Shown: positions 60,927 through 64,000 of the stretch, in pieces
Layout: each line of letters starts with the position of its first letter
Numbering within the stretch: position 1 is the stretch's first letter
From: an uncultured Muribaculaceae bacterium
GTDB taxonomy: Bacteria > Bacteroidota > Bacteroidia > Bacteroidales > UBA932
Direction of reading: 5' to 3'
NCBI GenBank assembly: GCA_964351405.1
Contig: CAYGOE010000002.1
Coordinates: 7,925 to 71,924 of the forward strand
Length of the DNA: 64,000 bases
Notes under the pieces: generated by a model
Told to the model about the DNA's origin: nothing
The model's input: only the letters and a program-made list of their open reading frames with translations
The model's database searches: none
Position numbers and translations under genes: made by a program

Positions 60927-63330
60927 TTCCTATTGAAGGCAATATCGTTCCGTTTTCAATTTGAATTCTCTTCATAATATACCTCTGCTGCGGGTAAGGA
61001 TCCTGAGGGTTCTCAATAACTCCTGTGCTTAATAGTATATCTTCGTTCTTATACTTCTTATTGAGTGCATTCTGGATGTCCAGATATAGTTTAAGAGAGA
61101 ATCTTTCAAAATAGAACTCTTTATCTACTCTTATGTCCAACTGGTTGAACTGTTTAAGATATTCTGAATTATATTTGGAGTTGTCCGGATATGACCTTCC
61201 GGATGCGTCCCAGGCAGCAACATAGGAGGATCTCAACTCATCCAGAGGGGTATATGGATTTCCTCCGGAGTATCTGAACTTCGCTCCAATAATGTAGTTT
61301 CTAGGCAATTTGTACCCGCCTGAGAGAGTCATAAGTCGTCTATTATCCCAACTATTTGGTATCCATTTGTTTTCTGCATTTTTAAACTGACTCCTGAAAA
61401 TTGTAATTGAACTTATTAGATTGAGTTTATCTGAGACAAACCATCTGAATGAGAACTCTGCACCAAACGCTTTGCTATCCAGCTGCGAAGATATCTCCTC
61501 GTTCCCCACAACTCCGTAACTGGTACCTTTTCCCTCTACAGGAATTGAATCCGCTACAGAGTACATTCCGTTAAAGTGTAGTTTGTGAAAGAACTCGACT
61601 CCAAACTGGAATCCCTCTCCGCTGCGATAATCCAGCCCGATTGCAGCTTGATAAGATCCCAGATATTTCATACCCTTATTAACATAATCTCCGTTTGCAT
61701 CTTTAAATCCCAGGGCTGTAAGTGGAGGAAGTTGATAATACTTGCCGATTGCTCCGTTTATGTATAAATTTTTTGCAAATTCGTATGAGAGAGATGCCCT
61801 TGGAGAGAATTGATTCAATGGGTTGGACATATGGCTCGAATAGCTGTTGGCATCTGCCCTGGCCCCAATATTTGCAGAGAATTTTTTATTGGGAGATGTG
61901 TAATTTGCATTCGCAAAAATCGAATACTTAACAAAAGAGAGATCAGTATTATAATTAACAGTTACTGGCTGTGCAAGAAAGATTTTCTGATATGTGTCGT
62001 TGCCATATTGAGGAAGGTCTACTCCAAAACCTGCAGTTATTCGAAAATCAGATAACCTTGTGACATTCTCCAGCCGAAACTTTGTCTCCTGCTCTACAGA
62101 ACGGTATTTAAGGGTAAGATTATCCGGTGAAGATTCATCGTTCCCTCTGTATTTTGTATTCCTGTTGTTGAGATAGCTGTGGCTTAAGAAGAGATTCAGG
62201 GTGTTTCTCCCGTAGAAATAGCGGTATGCAGCACCCAGAGTGAAGACCTCTTGTTGAATAACAGGCAGATATGCAAGAATATACTCTCTTGACTCCTCTC
62301 CATTGGTGTTATTATTGAGAGTCATATCATCGAAACCTGCCAGACCTATAAATGTCAACTCGTTTCGATTATCAAACCTGGTTTCAATTTTAAACTGAAC
62401 ATCTGAGAATGACGGAAGAAAAGGGAGTCCGATAGCTTTAAAGAGGAGCTGAAGATACGAGGTTCGTGCAGATACTAGATAGTTGGTTCTCTTACTCAAG
62501 TGGCCGTTTGAGCTTAACCCTGCCTCGGAAGCACCTACTGTAAATTTGTAGCTGTTACGGATAGGATCTCCGTCCTTAAGTTTGATATCCAGTACAGAGC
62601 TTAATGCACCACCCTTGTTGACAGGGAAGGTTCCTGCATAAAAATCTACCTCTCTTATAAAGTCTGCGTCAATTATTCCGGCAGGACCTCCCGAAGAGCC
62701 TTGTGTGCTAAAGTGGTTTATTGTCGGTATTTCAATCCCGTCCAGAAAAAATCTATTCTCCGAGGGGCCGCCCCCTCTAACAAGCAGGTCATTTCTGTAC
62801 CCTCCTGCATTTACTGCACCCACTCCGGGAAGTGAAGCAATTACTCTTGAGATATCTCTGTTCGCTCCCGGATTTCTCTCTATCTCCTGAACTCCGATGC
62901 TTCTTTGTGAGAGAGGACTCTCGGGGAAACGCCTGAATGGATCTGCTTTGGGTTTAACTGTAATCTGATTGAGTAACCTGCTCTCCTGCTCTATCTCTGC
63001 TCTGATAAAGTAGCCTGAGGAGGAGACCATAAACTCTTCTGATATATATTGGTTGTATCCAAGCAGATCTACCTGAATCCTGTATGCTCCGGCGGGAAGG
63101 TTATCAATCTTAAACCTTCCTAACGAGTCCGAAATTGCGAACTTAGTCCCTTTCCAGATTGATACCGTTGCAAAAGCAACCGGTTCCCGGTTCTCTTTAT
63201 CGATAATTACTCCGTTAAGGGTATAATTTTTTGGGGCCTCCTCATCTGAGGCATATAATAATGTTGTGCCGGAGACAATTAGCACCGAAACTAAGAGCCT
63301 GAAAATATATAATTTAAAATCTTTTCTCAT
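60910..63330 (-). CDS. TonB-dependent receptor
   Basis: Carboxypeptidase-regulatory-like N-terminus, plug (LPGV, VRGG...EN...LDG), beta-barrel ending in F. Confidence 0.92.
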   Translation of the reverse strand: MRKDFKLYIFRLLVSVLIVSGTTLLYASDEEAPKNYTLNGVIIDKENREPVAFATVSIWKGTKFAISDSLGRFKIDNLPAGAYRIQVDLLGYNQYISEEFMVSSSGYFIRAEIEQESRLLNQITVKPKADPFRRFPESPLSQRSIGVQEIERNPGANRDISRVIASLPGVGAVNAGGYRNDLLVRGGGPSENRFFLDGIEIPTINHFSTQGSSGGPAGIIDADFIREVDFYAGTFPVNKGGALSSVLDIKLKDGDPIRNSYKFTVGASEAGLSSNGHLSKRTNYLVSARTSYLQLLFKAIGLPFLPSFSDVQFKIETRFDNRNELTFIGLAGFDDMTLNNNTNGEESREYILAYLPVIQQEVFTLGAAYRYFYGRNTLNLFLSHSYLNNRNTKYRGNDESSPDNLTLKYRSVEQETKFRLENVTRLSDFRITAGFGVDLPQYGNDTYQKIFLAQPVTVNYNTDLSFVKYSIFANANYTSPNKKFSANIGARADANSYSSHMSNPLNQFSPRASLSYEFAKNLYINGAIGKYYQLPPLTALGFKDANGDYVNKGMKYLGSYQAAIGLDYRSGEGFQFGVEFFHKLHFNGMYSVADSIPVEGKGTSYGVVGNEEISSQLDSKAFGAEFSFRWFVSDKLNLISSITIFRSQFKNAENKWIPNSWDNRRLMTLSGGYKLPRNYIIGAKFRYSGGNPYTPLDELRSSYVAAWDASGRSYPDNSKYNSEYLKQFNQLDIRVDKEFYFERFSLKLYLDIQNALNKKYKNEDILLSTGVIENPQDPYPQQRYIMKRIQIENGTILPSIGITVQF

Positions 63331-63386
63331 AACTTAAAAATTGATTGTTATAAGAACAGATTTTTAACCAAATTGTTCAAATAATT

Positions 63387-64000
63387 TTACCTCTCTTTGA
63401 ACAACTCTCCTGCCATAAGTTGAAGGGTAATCTCTGAGACTTTAGTTTGATATAGAGCCCTTAACATTCTATCCGATGCATCAAGGTATGAGAGTTGGTA
63501 ATCTCTGAATTCTATCCCGGATAGAGAGCCTAGTCGGTACATCTCCATCGCAGCTTCCAGGTTCAGAAATGCGCTCTCCCTGCTCTCCTGCTCAAACTCG
63601 ATCAGTCTTAAACTGTTGTTATATAGGTTATAGAGCTGTCTCAATTCGCTCTCCAGATTCTGCTCCTCCATCAATATGTTAATCCTGCTACTCTCTTCAT
63701 TTATTCGCGCATTTTTTATTCTTCTGTTTATCTCGTTCCCGTCAAATATGGGGATGGAAAGAGAGAGCCCCCAGTTGAGTCCGTTGGACTCATTAAATTT
63801 GGACGGGAATAGTTGGCTTCGGTTTATGTTATAGTTATAACCTGCAGATAGATCTAAAGTTGGATATCTGGAAGATATTGCAATCTTTGTATCAAGCCGA
63901 GCAACTCTCTCTCCGGCTCTTAATGAGTTAAGAGATGTATTGGAGCGTAGAGCCCTCTTTAAAAGCTCATTAAGATTAAGCTGTATATCCGGAATTATTG
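63387..64000 (-). CDS. TolC family protein (C-terminal part; runs off the window)
   Basis: Frame open to the edge: YPTLDLSAGYNY, GLSLSIPIFDG, Y.LG..S..E.R..Q. Confidence 0.85.
   Translation of the reverse strand, partial: IIPDIQLNLNELLKRALRSNTSLNSLRAGERVARLDTKIAISSRYPTLDLSAGYNYNINRSQLFPSKFNESNGLNWGLSLSIPIFDGNEINRRIKNARINEESSRINILMEEQNLESELRQLYNLYNNSLRLIEFEQESRESAFLNLEAAMEMYRLGSLSGIEFRDYQLSYLDASDRMLRALYQTKVSEITLQLMAGELFKER

Overview
Chromosomal window from an anaerobic Bacteroidales-like bacterium (TAnnTTTG promoters, lipoproteins, TonB-dependent receptor, FISUMP protein). Bases 1-36 kb are mostly housekeeping: leuS, gcvT, phoH, lemA/TPM operon, frameshifted prfB, recX, Ca-ATPase, rlmN, recA-trpS-dnaG-metG, plus a decayed class I fumarate hydratase. 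A tRNA-Asn(GTT) at 36110 is followed by an AT-rich ~5 kb block in which purK and purE are separated by four uncharacterised genes and followed by an OFA-family (oxalate/formate antiporter) MFS gene. Next come a ThrC-like PLP enzyme, a pseudogenised second OFA transporter, adk, an orphan multi-PAS histidine kinase and two convergent trimeric group A [FeFe]-hydrogenase operons. The first has a minimal beta subunit with non-bifurcating signatures and a hairpin-repeat leader. The second has bifurcating-type signatures fused to a circularly permuted GltD/NfnB-like NADP(H) module. The 36-57 kb H2/formate/inorganic-carbon locus is the best candidate for an undescribed system. No integrase, transposase, CRISPR array or reverse transcriptase was seen. 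All product calls rest on motif recognition by eye; no database searches were run.
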